This document shows, one piece after another, positions 24,573 to 35,759 of a stretch of DNA of 45,512 nucleotides. A program made the translations under genes and the position numbers. The notes beneath the pieces are model-generated. The model saw only the letters and a program-made list of their open reading frames with translations, was not told where the DNA came from and searched no databases. This stretch comes from Octopus bimaculoides (Eukaryota): contig NC_068985.1 of NCBI RefSeq assembly GCF_001194135.2, forward strand, positions 62,728,889 to 62,774,400, read 5' to 3'. Every line of letters begins with the position of its first letter. Positions within the stretch are counted from its first letter, which is position 1.

Positions 24573-24715
24573 TAATGGTGGGCTGAAAAGTTCATAGGCT
24601 GACTATGAAGGAGTGATACTAAAGCTGTGAAATCTTATAGGCATTAATTTCAACTCTTCCAATTAATAATTACATTGTTTTTTTCTAGGTAAACTGTGCT
24701 GTTCAAAGAAGATTG
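24573..24715 (+). mobile_element. Mariner 5' terminal fragment (same family as 5220-6035)
   Basis: Shares the TIR gctgaaaagttcataggctga with position 5229 onward. Confidence 0.7.
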
Positions 24716-24757
24716 TTTTGTGAAGGAGGGAAAAGAGAGAATTGCAGTAGTCTTACC

Positions 24758-27715
24758 TGTCAATATGGAAGGGTTGCTCACAACGTCCACGCGCTATCTC
24801 AATCTGGAAGGTTCACTTACAACGTCCATGTGCTCTGTCTGCCATTGTACCGTCTAACATATCTGCTCTCATATGCTGTCCACTGCCAACTGACTGCTCG
24901 CACCTCGCCCCCCCCCCCCNNNNNNNNNNNNCCCCCCCCCAGCCTTTCCAGTGGGACCCACAAGCCCTGCTTCCAAGAGGACAATGCATACTCCCTCACT
25001 TCTGGTCCTTTCCTACAACACAGCCTAGCTCATAACACCACATGCACCACCTGATCTGAAGATCATTCAACCGACCTGACCACACACCTTAACTTGTCTC
25101 ATAATCCGCTACCAATGAGGAGGGCCGCGCTCCCTCTGCATCCGTCATTGGACTTCAGGACTAGCCTCAGTTCCTGGCATGTTGCTGCTGGCTTCGGCCT
25201 CTTGTCCATTACTGTTGGCTCCATCCTCCATCTCAGTGATGATCATGCGCACATCCAAAACATGACGTGGCATGCCATCTATGGACACATTGTTCCTCAA
25301 ATTTACAGAGGTTATTGTCCCCTTTCCCCATTGTGATGTGCACTGTGCATTTGAGGGTTTAACCCAGACTTCTTCCCTGACTTGCACAATGGCATGCTCT
25401 GTCACTTCTGCAGGTTGCAGCAATGCGGTACATAGATGTCTCCACTCATACTTGAATATTGCCCTGTGTGGCATTGACTCCTCAGCTTTTCCTGATCTGG
25501 GCAACATATTATACCAAAAAATGGCCTTGACTAGTGAAATGTGGCCCCTCTCTGTCATGGTCTTGATGATGTGATGATGCCTCTCCACAACCCCATTGCC
25601 ACTTGGCTGGTATGCCACCCAGAAGAAACGGCTAACATGCCACTTGTTGAGCATTTCCCCCAGCACCTCCAAGCAAAATGCAGTGCTATTGTCCACAAGC
25701 AGCTCATCCATGGGGCCTTGTTCTAGGAATATCTCATTTAGTATTCTTGTGATTCCCTCTACAGTCCCCGTTTTCATCTCCCTCCATACGGCCAACCGTC
25801 CCGGTCCACAGTCAACCATCAAGAGGTATGTCCCCTACCAGTAGTGCATCACATCCACTGCCAGTCGTTTCCAGTTGTGTACCACTGGAGTGCTTCCTAC
25901 CTCATGCCCACCCTGAGCGGAGTCAATGGACTGGCACCTGTCACAGCTCCCAACTACTCTCTGCCTGGTCATGTCAGAGTCAATTTTCCTGGCTAGGACC
26001 AGGGTCCTGTCCACCCCCATATGCAGTCTCCTCAGCTCCGAGTCACTCAGTCGACACTGCAGCCACTCCTTGCTCCAGATCCTCCGGCACCTGCAACTAT
26101 GTTTTCTTTACTCTGGTCAGGACGTCCGCTCTATTCCTCTCAGAAGGCACAAAACCTTAGGTCAAACTCGGCAGCTAGCTCACCCAGGATTCCCAAATGG
26201 CATCTTATCAGCATCTCTGCACCCCCTTTGGTTTGCATCCTCCACTCGCCGGTGAACACTGATCCCACCCATCTAAGTACAGTGGCTGAATCAGTCTGGA
26301 TCTCGATGGTACACAGCCCCCCACCTCAGGGCCGTGTTCAGCCCCTTCAGCATGGCATCCAGCACAGATATATTGATGTGATTGCAATCATCCTTCTTCC
26401 TGAGCCAGGCTGCATTCTCCACCATGACACCTCCAATTTCCAGAACAACTCCTGTTGCAATGCTGCTAGCCATTCTTCAATTTGGGCACATACCAATTTC
26501 CTCTTACTGGGTCCACTGCTGTCACTCTCTCTAAGACTTCTTGCATCATGGCAGTTGTCTTCTCGTCCACATTGTCACTCCACCTCACCTCTTGATGAAG
26601 CTGCATGCCGTTTGGAGCCATCCTGCAATCAAGTAGTGTCTCAGTAGCTTCCCACACACAGAAAACAGTTCTCGCCTACTTGTCTTGAAGCCCAGTTCTG
26701 GGATCTCATTCCCTCTCCGAAACACCAACACGCCAGCCTTGTCTCTCTGTAGCCTGAGTCTCAGTGCAGATCTTTCTATCTCCTCCAGCAGTTTGGCAGT
26801 TAGCCCCAAACTCTTCAGGTGCCTTATGACCTCCTTTGCCAACACTATGCTCTCGTCCAGCTGGATGTCATCAATATAGGAATTGGTGGCTCTTTTCACT
26901 TTGACTGCCTTTCCCAGGATGATTTTGAGAATCGTCGCCAATCTTCGGTGCACAATTTAGCCCGAATCCCAACCTGGTCAGGCAGTATGTCCGACCCTTG
27001 TACCTTACAAACTGATATTTCCACAGTCTCTCAGCCACATGCAGCTGCAGGTATGCCAACTTCAAATTGACAATTGTGGAGGCCCCTTGTCATCTGCCTC
27101 CGCTCTGTCAAGGTTTCACTGCAAATGTCCATGGTTCGCTGCCCATATGGCACAATATGTGGTTGTTCAGCTCTCAGAAATCTAATACTGGCCTGACTTT
27201 ATGCTTCATCAGCTGCACCACTGCCATCAGTGGTAACACTCCACTCTCCACTTCCTCCTTCCAAGGGATCAGAATGCCTTCCTTGATCCACCATTCCACC
27301 TCTCTCTCGAACTCACTTCTGGCTTCCCCTATCAGGGTATGCTGATAGCAACCTACTGTGTTTTTCAACATGGGAGAATCTCCCTTCCAGTACCATTCCA
27401 CTGTCCACTGCTGGCTGTCAAACACAGCCCAAAAATCCTTGTCTGTATTGGTGTGTGCAGCATATTTTTCTTCGCAACTCTCACCACTCCCCTGTCACAG
27501 ACTCACAGCACATAGCACCCCAGCATCACTGAATATTACACCAGCTTCATTGATTGTGACACCTCCCAAACGGACATCCATCCCCATCACCACATCGACT
27601 CCGTCCACATGTGGTCGATCACGATCGCATGCAACCTCAATCTCATTCCTCATACTACCATCTCCACATCGCTACTTCCTCTGCATTCAACTTCCGTACC
27701 ATCAACAGCCCGCAT
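24758..27715 (-). mobile_element. Ty3/Gypsy LTR retrotransposon, 5'-truncated (protease end, RT, RNase H, integrase, 3' LTR)
   Basis: RT PLMAVVQ...KVRPVLDF, LTRLGFGLNCAPKI and YIDD; RNase H DASS...HINI; integrase MVDCGPGR...LLVDNSTAF...YQPSGNGVVERHH. The order RT-RH-IN is gypsy-type. A G-rich polypurine tract (24903-24940, partly N) precedes a TG-starting LTR at 24902; the LTR's other end is approximate. Confidence 0.92.
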
Positions 27716-27721
27716 GTATAT

Positions 27722-28185
27722 ATATCATCATTGTCATTTAACATCCGCTTTCTGTGCTGGCATGAGTTAGACAGTTTAATTGAGAACTGGCAGGCCAGGA
27801 GGCTGCACCTGGCTCCAGTCTGATTTGGTATGATTTCTACAGCTGGATGTACTTCCTATCACCAACCACTCTAACAGTGTAGTGGGTGCTTTTTACATGC
27901 CACCAGCACGGGAGCCAGTCAGGCAGCACTGGCATTGGCCATGCTCAAATGGTGCTTTTTATATGCTGCTGGCACGGGTACCAATCAGGCAATAGTGGCA
28001 TCAACCAGACTTGAATGGTGCTTTTTACACACCATTGGTATCAGCCATGCTCAAATGGTGCTTCTTACGTGTCACCAGCACAGCTGCAAGTCAGCTGTCA
28101 CTGGCCACGACTACAATTTCACTTGGTTTAACAGGTCTTCAGAAGCACGGCATATCAGCCAACAATTGAAGGGTGCTTTTAAATG
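27722..28185 (-). mobile_element. RTE 3'UTR copy at the truncated 5' end of the gypsy element
   Basis: Same tail family as 39083-39700. Confidence 0.75.
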
Positions 28186-28189
28186 GGCC

Positions 28190-28362
28190 ATTTATGTGAC
28201 ACTGGCATCAGCTGATGGGCTTCTTTCAGTTTCCATCTACTAAATCCACTCATAAGCCTTTGGCTGGTCTGAGGCTATAGTAGACAACACTTACCCAAGG
28301 TGCCACCCAATGGAAGTGACCCCAGACCCCAGAACCTTGTGGTTGGAAATCAAATTGCTTAT
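28190..28362 (-). mobile_element. tRNA-derived SINE head
   Basis: Reverse complement of the 10250 family 5' half. Confidence 0.7.
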
Positions 28363-28481
28363 TGCACACGCACACACATATATATATACACATGTAAGTA
28401 TATAAATAGGTAGGTAATTTTGTAGAAGTGCCTTTGCAGTTTCAAACAGGAGAAAAATGTTCTTGAACAACAATTAGACAG

Positions 28482-28721
28482 GTTAACTGTAAGGTTAGGA
28501 ATGTAGTATATAGCTTACAATGTACTGAGGGATGGTGCAGAAACATGACAACTACCTACATAGGAGAGTATATAGGTGAATATTGGCAAGAGCTCAAATA
28601 AGGGAAAAGCTCATCAGTGCTCTACCAACATGCACAGGAAGAACATGTAGGCTTGGTTAATAGCATAGAGGTTAAAGTACTATCAACACATAGAACTGAA
28701 ACAATACTTAGATTACAGAAA
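28482..28721 (+). mobile_element. Penelope-like element GIY-YIG endonuclease remnant
   Basis: My translation: VNCKVRNVVYSLQCTEGWCRNMTTTYIGEYIGEYWQELK*GKSSSVLYQHAQEEHVGLVNSIEVKVLSTH... It shows VVY...C...C...YIGE and the H...H pattern of PLE endonucleases, with one stop at 28599. Confidence 0.8.
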
Positions 28722-29037
28722 CCACACACATAACAGTAGACAGACCAAACTTCACGAGAAAACATAAATGGAACAGTAATACCCACCACCACACCACACC
28801 ACACCACTAAAGATAGTAGGGATGTGAAGAGAGAGGGAAAGGGAAAAAATCTTAAATAATACGCATACATACAGAGTATATACACACAATAGACATATAT
28901 GCACTTACCTGTGATACTTATGAGAAACAGAGATAGATGTATATAAAAAAAATAAGTAAATATATAAATACATAAGTAAACGAATATATAAATATATCTG
29001 CCACATACCTGTGATAAATGTTAGACAGATATAGATA

Positions 29038-30651
29038 TCTTAATATATAAAGCTGAAGATGTATGTCTGTGTGAAGCCTTTTTAAAAGTTTATAGAAATC
29101 CACATTTTCCACTTTTTCGTAAAAATTTTTACATCAATGGAATTTTCTTGATGTGAACTTTCCAGTGCAGTAATTAGATTTTTAAAATTCCATTGACTTT
29201 GTGTGATTTAAGGGAGATTTGGCTGCTGTTTCTAGCAACTTTTATATTTCTTCCCTTCTACCTGGAACAGCGTTCTTACACATCGATCACGTGCTCAACA
29301 TATAATATAGAGAGTAAGAGTAAAAGAGGGAGAGACAGAGAGAGAAAGTGATACATACAAAGTCAAAGATTAATCTGCTTTAAGACTATTCTTTCCTTCT
29401 NNNNNNNNNNNNNNNNNNNNNNNNNNNNNNNNNNNNNNNNNNNNNNNNNNNNNNNNNNNNNNNNNNNNNNNNNNNNNNNNNNNNNNNNNNNNNNNNNNNN
29501 NNNNNNNNNNNNNNNNNNNNNNNNNNNNNNNAAAACACACACAACTACACATATGTGATCTGTGACAACAACATACACATAAACACATCAACATTATAGA
29601 TATGAGATTTAGTTTCTGTGTGTTTCTTATATAAACATGCGCACGCATTGCTATTTTATAACTATCTTCCGTTCTCCCTTCCTCTCTTTCTCTCTCTTCA
29701 TTGCTCCCGTTCTCTATTCCTTTCTCCCCCTCTCTCCCTCTTCTCTCTCAAACACATACACGCGCACGTACACACAAGCATTCACTACAATATAACTCAT
29801 GTTCGTCGATGTTTTGTAAATATACAAACTATGGAGCTTATGGACAACACATTGCAAATCAGTGAACTTCATTACAAATGTGGGTAATTTTTCAGATTAA
29901 CACCCGAACGATTTTCACTAGGGTTAGGGTTTTAGGGTCAGGGTTAGGGTTTTAGGGTTACGGTTAGGGTTAGGGTTTAGGGTTAGTGTTACGGTTATGG
30001 TTTTAGGGTCAGGGTTATGGTTATGGTTTAGGGTTAGGGTTAGGTAATTGCGCGGGTGTTAATCTGAAAAATTACCGAAATGTGAAAACTACCGACCCTG
30101 CCCTCTATTATAACTTTTGTTGTTCTGTTTAATATGTACATAGATTATGCCTCCAAAGAAGAGAGTTTGCTGGGGAAAGAAAGCAACTGGTTTACAATGA
30201 CAGCAACAGACTGCAGCAGTTCACCACATTCCAGAAGCTACTTTGAACATAAGGCAAAGTGGTGCATCAACATCTACTGCCCAATCTGATAGAATTCTGG
30301 CAGAACTGTGTAGGAACAGATCGCCAGCAATTGCTTCATCAGAAATCGCCGTCCTAGCTCCTGCGAAAAGGGATTACCCTGCTATGTATAATCAGAGCAT
30401 CGCAAAAAGTTGTTTTGCACAAGCATTTGTATAGCCAATTAGACGGATGAAATTTACGTATGCTTAATGATGTTACGCAAAACAGCCTTCAGACTTGCCC
30501 TATTAATTTCGTCTTTTGAATTATGAACATATTTACATCATAAGGGTTTTTTCGTTGTAAGGCTTTCTTTTTTAGTTGATTTTCACCTAGCAAGACTTAT
30601 CGTAGATGGTGTAATAAGTCACACCCGGACAATGTCGGGTTATACTGCTAG
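29038..30651 (+). mobile_element. Non-autonomous Helitron (candidate boundaries)
   Basis: 5' A|TCTTAATATATAAAGCTGAAG...TGTCTGTGTG; 3' hairpin acccgg-acaatg-tcgggt (30623-30640) followed by tatactgCTAG|T at 30648-30652. Inserted between A and T with no TSD. That both ends belong to one copy is inferred. Confidence 0.7.
29883..30076. mobile_element. MITE with perfect 24-bp TIRs and internal telomeric-type repeats (Merlin-like)
   Basis: GGTAATTTTTCAGATTAACACCCG (29883-29906) and its exact reverse complement (30053-30076); flanks caaatgtg / gaaatgtg (8-bp TSD with 1 mismatch); interior of TTAGGG variants. Confidence 0.88.
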
Positions 30652-31074
30652 TAAATAAATAAAACTATATAAAGGGCATGGATACATATGAAGCAAACCA
30701 ATACATACACACACATGAAACCTCATGGACAGCCATATGATGTCAACAACACAACTAATATGGTCAGCAGCAGCAGCGGTGCCGATGAAGGCAATAACAA
30801 CAACAACTACCACATGGACAAACACATATACAGAGGAATACAGGAACTGTACCTTTTTTTTTTTTTCCTTTTCTTGGGTCTTAGGACAGCAGCAGCACAA
30901 TGGGGTGAGAGGCTGGGACTGAAGGGAAGACCACACTGCTACTAAAGACTATGACACACACACAAACAAGGACACAAATGCAGTGTAATTTGAACTCATA
31001 ACATAGCGACATGAAATATTGCTAAGTATTTTGCCTGACCTGCTAACAATTCTGCCAGCTTGCCACCTTATAAT

Positions 31075-31250
31075 AATAATGGTTTCAAACTTTGCCACAA
31101 GGGCAGCAATTTTGGGGGAGGTGCTGAGACAATTACATCGACTTCAGTGTTCAACTGGTACTTATTCTATCGACCCTAAAAGGATAAAAGGTAAACTCGA
31201 CCTTGGCAGAATTTGAACTCTGGCGTACTAACGATTCTGTCAGCTTACCG
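31075..31250 (-). mobile_element. SINE with Nin-like core (OR-type), second family
   Basis: Reverse complement reads ...gagttcaaattctgccaaggtcgagtttaccttttatcc...gggtcgatagaataagtacc. Confidence 0.7.
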
Positions 31251-31589
31251 CTTTTATGATAATATTAATAATAACCCTTTTGTGGAGGTAGGATGAATGA
31301 CTAGAAGGGAGAGGGAATGATATCATGAAGGGACCGGAAGGTGAGATAACATCAGGTCAGCGAGCAGCAGATTGAAAATGGCCACTTTATTTTGGGGTCA
31401 GTGGCAAGACAAGTCGTGTGCTGCTAGCGGTCATGGTGTAGTAATGCTTGCCGGTGAGGAATCGGCAGAGTTGACACGTGATTACAACTGTAAGATTTGG
31501 ATGGTTTTCCCGTGTTCTGACATTTGGAGTTATTGTTGCCAATTGCAACTCTAAGTAAGAGCAACTTTATTTTGTACCTTTAAACTACA

Positions 31590-31757
31590 CCTTTCTACTG
31601 AAGGCACAAGGCCTCAGATTTTTGGGGAGGGAACTAGTCGATTGCATCGACCCCAGTGTTTCAATGGTACTTAATTTATCAACTCCGAAAGCATGAGTGG
31701 CAAAGTTGACCTCGGCGGAATCTGAACTCTGAATGTAAAGACAGGCGAAATGCTGCG
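31590..31757 (-). mobile_element. SINE with Nin-like core (OR-type)
   Basis: Reverse complement gagttcagattccgccgaggtcaactttgcc...gataaattaagtacc...ctggggtcgatgcaatcgactag. Confidence 0.75.
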
Positions 31758-33039
31758 TGTGTGTTTAGTTTAACGGCCTATGTATAAAGAGTTCCTTTAC
31801 CCTAGGTGTCGGGAAGACACTGATTCAAAAACAAAATAAACAACAATACTATTATTTTCAACGCACGAAACCGCCGTATTAATGTGTTAAGGGAAATAAC
31901 CCAACTGGGTTTAATGGTCTCAACAGACCCCTTCGCTATGCGTGGATACGAAACATTGCACCTCAACATGGGGAATTTCTTTATTTTAAATTTAACCTGT
32001 ATTATTTTCACATTTTTGTAAATCCCTAATCTTATCTGTAATTGTGTGCATTTGATATTTCCGTTTTGTTTTCCTTTATAGTTTCGGGTTTATTTTCTTT
32101 CTCTAGAACATCCATGAGTTAAGGTAACAAACTTTATTTTCTTTTACTTAGCTGTCAATGTACTCTCTCTTGGAGCTGGACTGAGAAGTTAAGTTTCTCG
32201 CTTCTGTCAAAAGTGAATAATCAATACTTAATATAGGTAATTATTGAGACAAATTATTCTTTTTCTTCTATTAAACTGCAAAAAGTTCAAGAATATTAAT
32301 ATCTGACGTGATCGAATACCTAGCATGATCGAACCGTCTTTTTTTCCGCCGGGATTACTCGTTGTTTGTTTATTCCTGGAACAAATTACGGTGGTTATCG
32401 TAAATACTTTATTGTCGCATTTACATCAGCCTGCGAAATTGATTTAAAAATTAATATTTTAAAACATTTTATTGCCATAGTTATTACTATTAGGCGTGTA
32501 GAATACTTCGACCAGCTTTTGAAAGTGTTAGTATGTTTATTTAGCTTCATATCCGTAAATAGATGTTAGATAATAATTTAGTTGTGACCTCGTTCAGAGG
32601 ATTGGGTGTCGTAAGGCAACAAGTCCAACTTTTGATATCGCAATTACCGTTTCCACCTCCAGGTCGAAGAAAAGAAGTATTTTCTATGAAAAGAGAAAGA
32701 AATACACAATGTATTAAAAATATTACACTTATTCTATTGTCCATGTTAAATTTTTACAACTCGGAATCTAGTTAATAATTTTATAACGTAAAAAACAGCA
32801 CATAACTTCCGTAAGTTATGTGACTTGCCGGAAGCATTAGCTTCGGGCTGTGGAATATTGAAGAACTTCTTTTGGTAATAATCATAGTAATAAAATTAAG
32901 TACATGGTTACTAAGATAATTTTAACTATCATTTTCATTTGTGTATGAATTATGTCGATAATGATACAGACATCCCATTAACGATTTAAAGAAAGTTACT
33001 AATTAGACTGAGATTAGTAGATCTATTAGTGATGTAGAG

Positions 33040-33225
33040 AGAGGGTCTTTGGGAGAGAGAGAGAGAGATTAGAAGATCATTAAATAGTGAGCGATAGATA
33101 GAGAGAAGGGGAGGGAAAGAGATATGATATAAGTGAGAGAAGGGGAGAGAAAGAGAAGCTATAAGTGAGAGAAGGGGGAGTAAATGTTGTATTAGTGCGG
33201 TAAAGAGAGCGAGAAGGAGAGATTG
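33040..33225. repeat. GA-rich low-complexity tract
   Basis: Directly visible (GA)n/GATA mix. Confidence 0.8.
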
Positions 33226-35759
33226 TTTTTTTTTTTCCTCCCACCCCAAGAGTAACCGCCATTTTTGCTGTAAGCTGGACCCTTATGCTGCTATACTCTA
33301 TAATAATAGCTGAGTATACTAAAGTATTAGACGTTTCTGCTGCTGCCACTCTTATTAAAGGAGGGCACAACTACTTAAAATTCTATTCAAAACAGAACAT
33401 CTTCTATATTAAAATTCTTTAAAGTTAACAGTTATTGTTACTTAAAGACTAATTCATGGCTGGAGCCTTTGACCCAGAAGACAAGAACAGGTAGGTTGTA
33501 AGAGAATGAAGTTATTGTTGGACAGCCTAAGAATATTTCTCTGTAACTGTTGATGATTTTAGTCGTCAATCAGCTACCATTCTATATATATATGTATATA
33601 CACACACACACACACACACACATACATACTTACATATTTTACCATCCGTCTATGATAAAACTTCCATTAGGAATAACTTGTTGGAACTTTTATTGACAAC
33701 TTCTCAAAATACTCCTGAAAAACTATTGTCACACTTGCCATAACACGATCATTTATTTTCCCATTTAGTCAATGGATTAATGTGTTTTATTAATAACTTT
33801 TGTTGCTGTTCTCGTGAAAATGTTTCGTGTTTCTATTATAAATGTTTATTCTTTTTCCGTTTAAATTACTTAATTTTTGTTTTGTATATATAAATAAATG
33901 CCCACAATTTTGTCATATACTTGGACATAAGAACTGGTCTGACACTTCTTGAGCAAACTGACTTCGTTTATGTATTAAAGAAATGTTTAGTTATTGGAGG
34001 AGGGGCATTTGTAGATCAATGTCTGGTGAGACTTGTGTGGAGGAATGTACGGTGTGTTGAACGTTAAAAACTTGGGAATTATGAGGTGTGTGGACTGGGG
34101 AATGGTTAAGTGGCTTTCAAGTTAAGAGGCAATGTCATTGTAGAAGATACTAAGAGAAGTAATGTCTGTGAATTTATGAATGAATGTTTGCAGCAATATG
34201 AGAATTACTACTGAATCAACTGAGCTTCTAAACCGGGTTTAAGTTGTCCCTGAAGAAAAGAAGGGATGTAGATTTAGCAATGTGGAGGGCTGTACCATTT
34301 ATGTTGAAATGTGGGGTTAGAATTAGCTAATGAAATTATTAATATACAAAGAAAACTGTGGGGCATAAGTGAACTCTGAAGAGAACCCTCAAGTAAAAGA
34401 ATGTAGATTTGAGGGGAACTTCGTCAACGTAGTCTGCGAACATAGTTTCAGATAAAAAAAAAACTGATTGAGGTTTTAGATGAGTAATACTAGATGAGTA
34501 ACAGGGAAGTTCTTGTACAGTGACACTTGTTTTCACCATTCTCTATAATACTTGAGTGTTGGAAGTGAAACGAGTGACCAGTTTGTTTCCTGGTGATCAA
34601 TGAGGCGAGAATGTGCGGTTAGGCTCTGACACTTAAAAATCGTCGCGCGTTTCCAAATATTCCTAACTCTAGTACACACTGAGATGAATAAAAACTTAGG
34701 TTGGAAGTACTAGGAGGCAAAACTGCGTATTTTCTGGACGAAATTATTTGTTCTGTGAATGAAAATATATTCTACCTGATTTAGAATTGAGCAAAAGAAA
34801 TGCGACTCCAACTAGTCAGGTGTTAATAGTTGTTTCCCTTAGATTCCAGTTATTAAAGGTGAGGTCATCGATTCAGATAATTGATTTTTTTTTTTTAACA
34901 TCATAGCATCCGTCCTTATTTGTGGTCAGGGTGATGATAAATACTGATTGTTGTTTAACTCCAGATCAGTACTAATCGTGAAATGAAAGGCTCAAGTCCA
35001 GATTGTCATTGTACGAATTTACAGAATCACTTTGTCTAATGTATCCTTCGTTTCACAAATTACTAGGGTATGATTTGAGGGAATGTTGGTTGTTATATCT
35101 AACATCTTTAGTGACCATTTAGAGTTCTTTGTCTCCTGATTATTTAAGTGGCTGATAGAGTCTCCTTTTCCCGGATATTAATATAAAACGCCAATCTTCA
35201 TTGAATAATCTTAAACACAAACGGAAACGATTCGTAAAATGGAAATTATATCGTGAAAGAGAAAAACGTTAATTCACACGCAGTTTACTTCTCCGTTCCT
35301 TCTTTAAACAGGAGTTATCGATACACATCAAGTTGATTTCCATATTTATTTACCCTATGTAATTTTACAGCCTATAATTTTTTTTTATTTATGGTTGTTC
35401 CTCAAATCCAAAGATGACCACTGTTTTAGAAAGGCAGCTATGACTAAGCTTTATTTTGTATGAACGATAACATCTTTAAAGCAAAGACGACACTTAGAAT
35501 ATAAACCGAGCAAGGTTATAGAATAAAGATATGTCAAGAGTAGTAACAAGACAGTGTTGCAAATAGTCTGGTACTAGTGGCAGTAAGTAGAGAATTAGGA
35601 GCTAGTCGTTACACTGTAGTTTGATATTTACAAATATTACTTCACATCATATATGGAACTCTCCTTGTGATTATAGTTTTCAGTGACCAACTTTACTCAG
35701 TACAGTCTTGTAAGTAGTTCACTCTTTGTATAATATGTATCAAATGACAGAACAGGAGG

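Noticed and set aside
28901-28915. ACTTACCTG match to the U1 snRNA 5' end
   Set aside because: No downstream U1 stem-loops or Sm site; it is simply the complement of a 5' splice-site motif.
29907-30052. True telomere or chromosome-fusion scar
   Set aside because: The tract is short, single-orientation and bounded by TIRs and a TSD, so a transposon origin explains it better.
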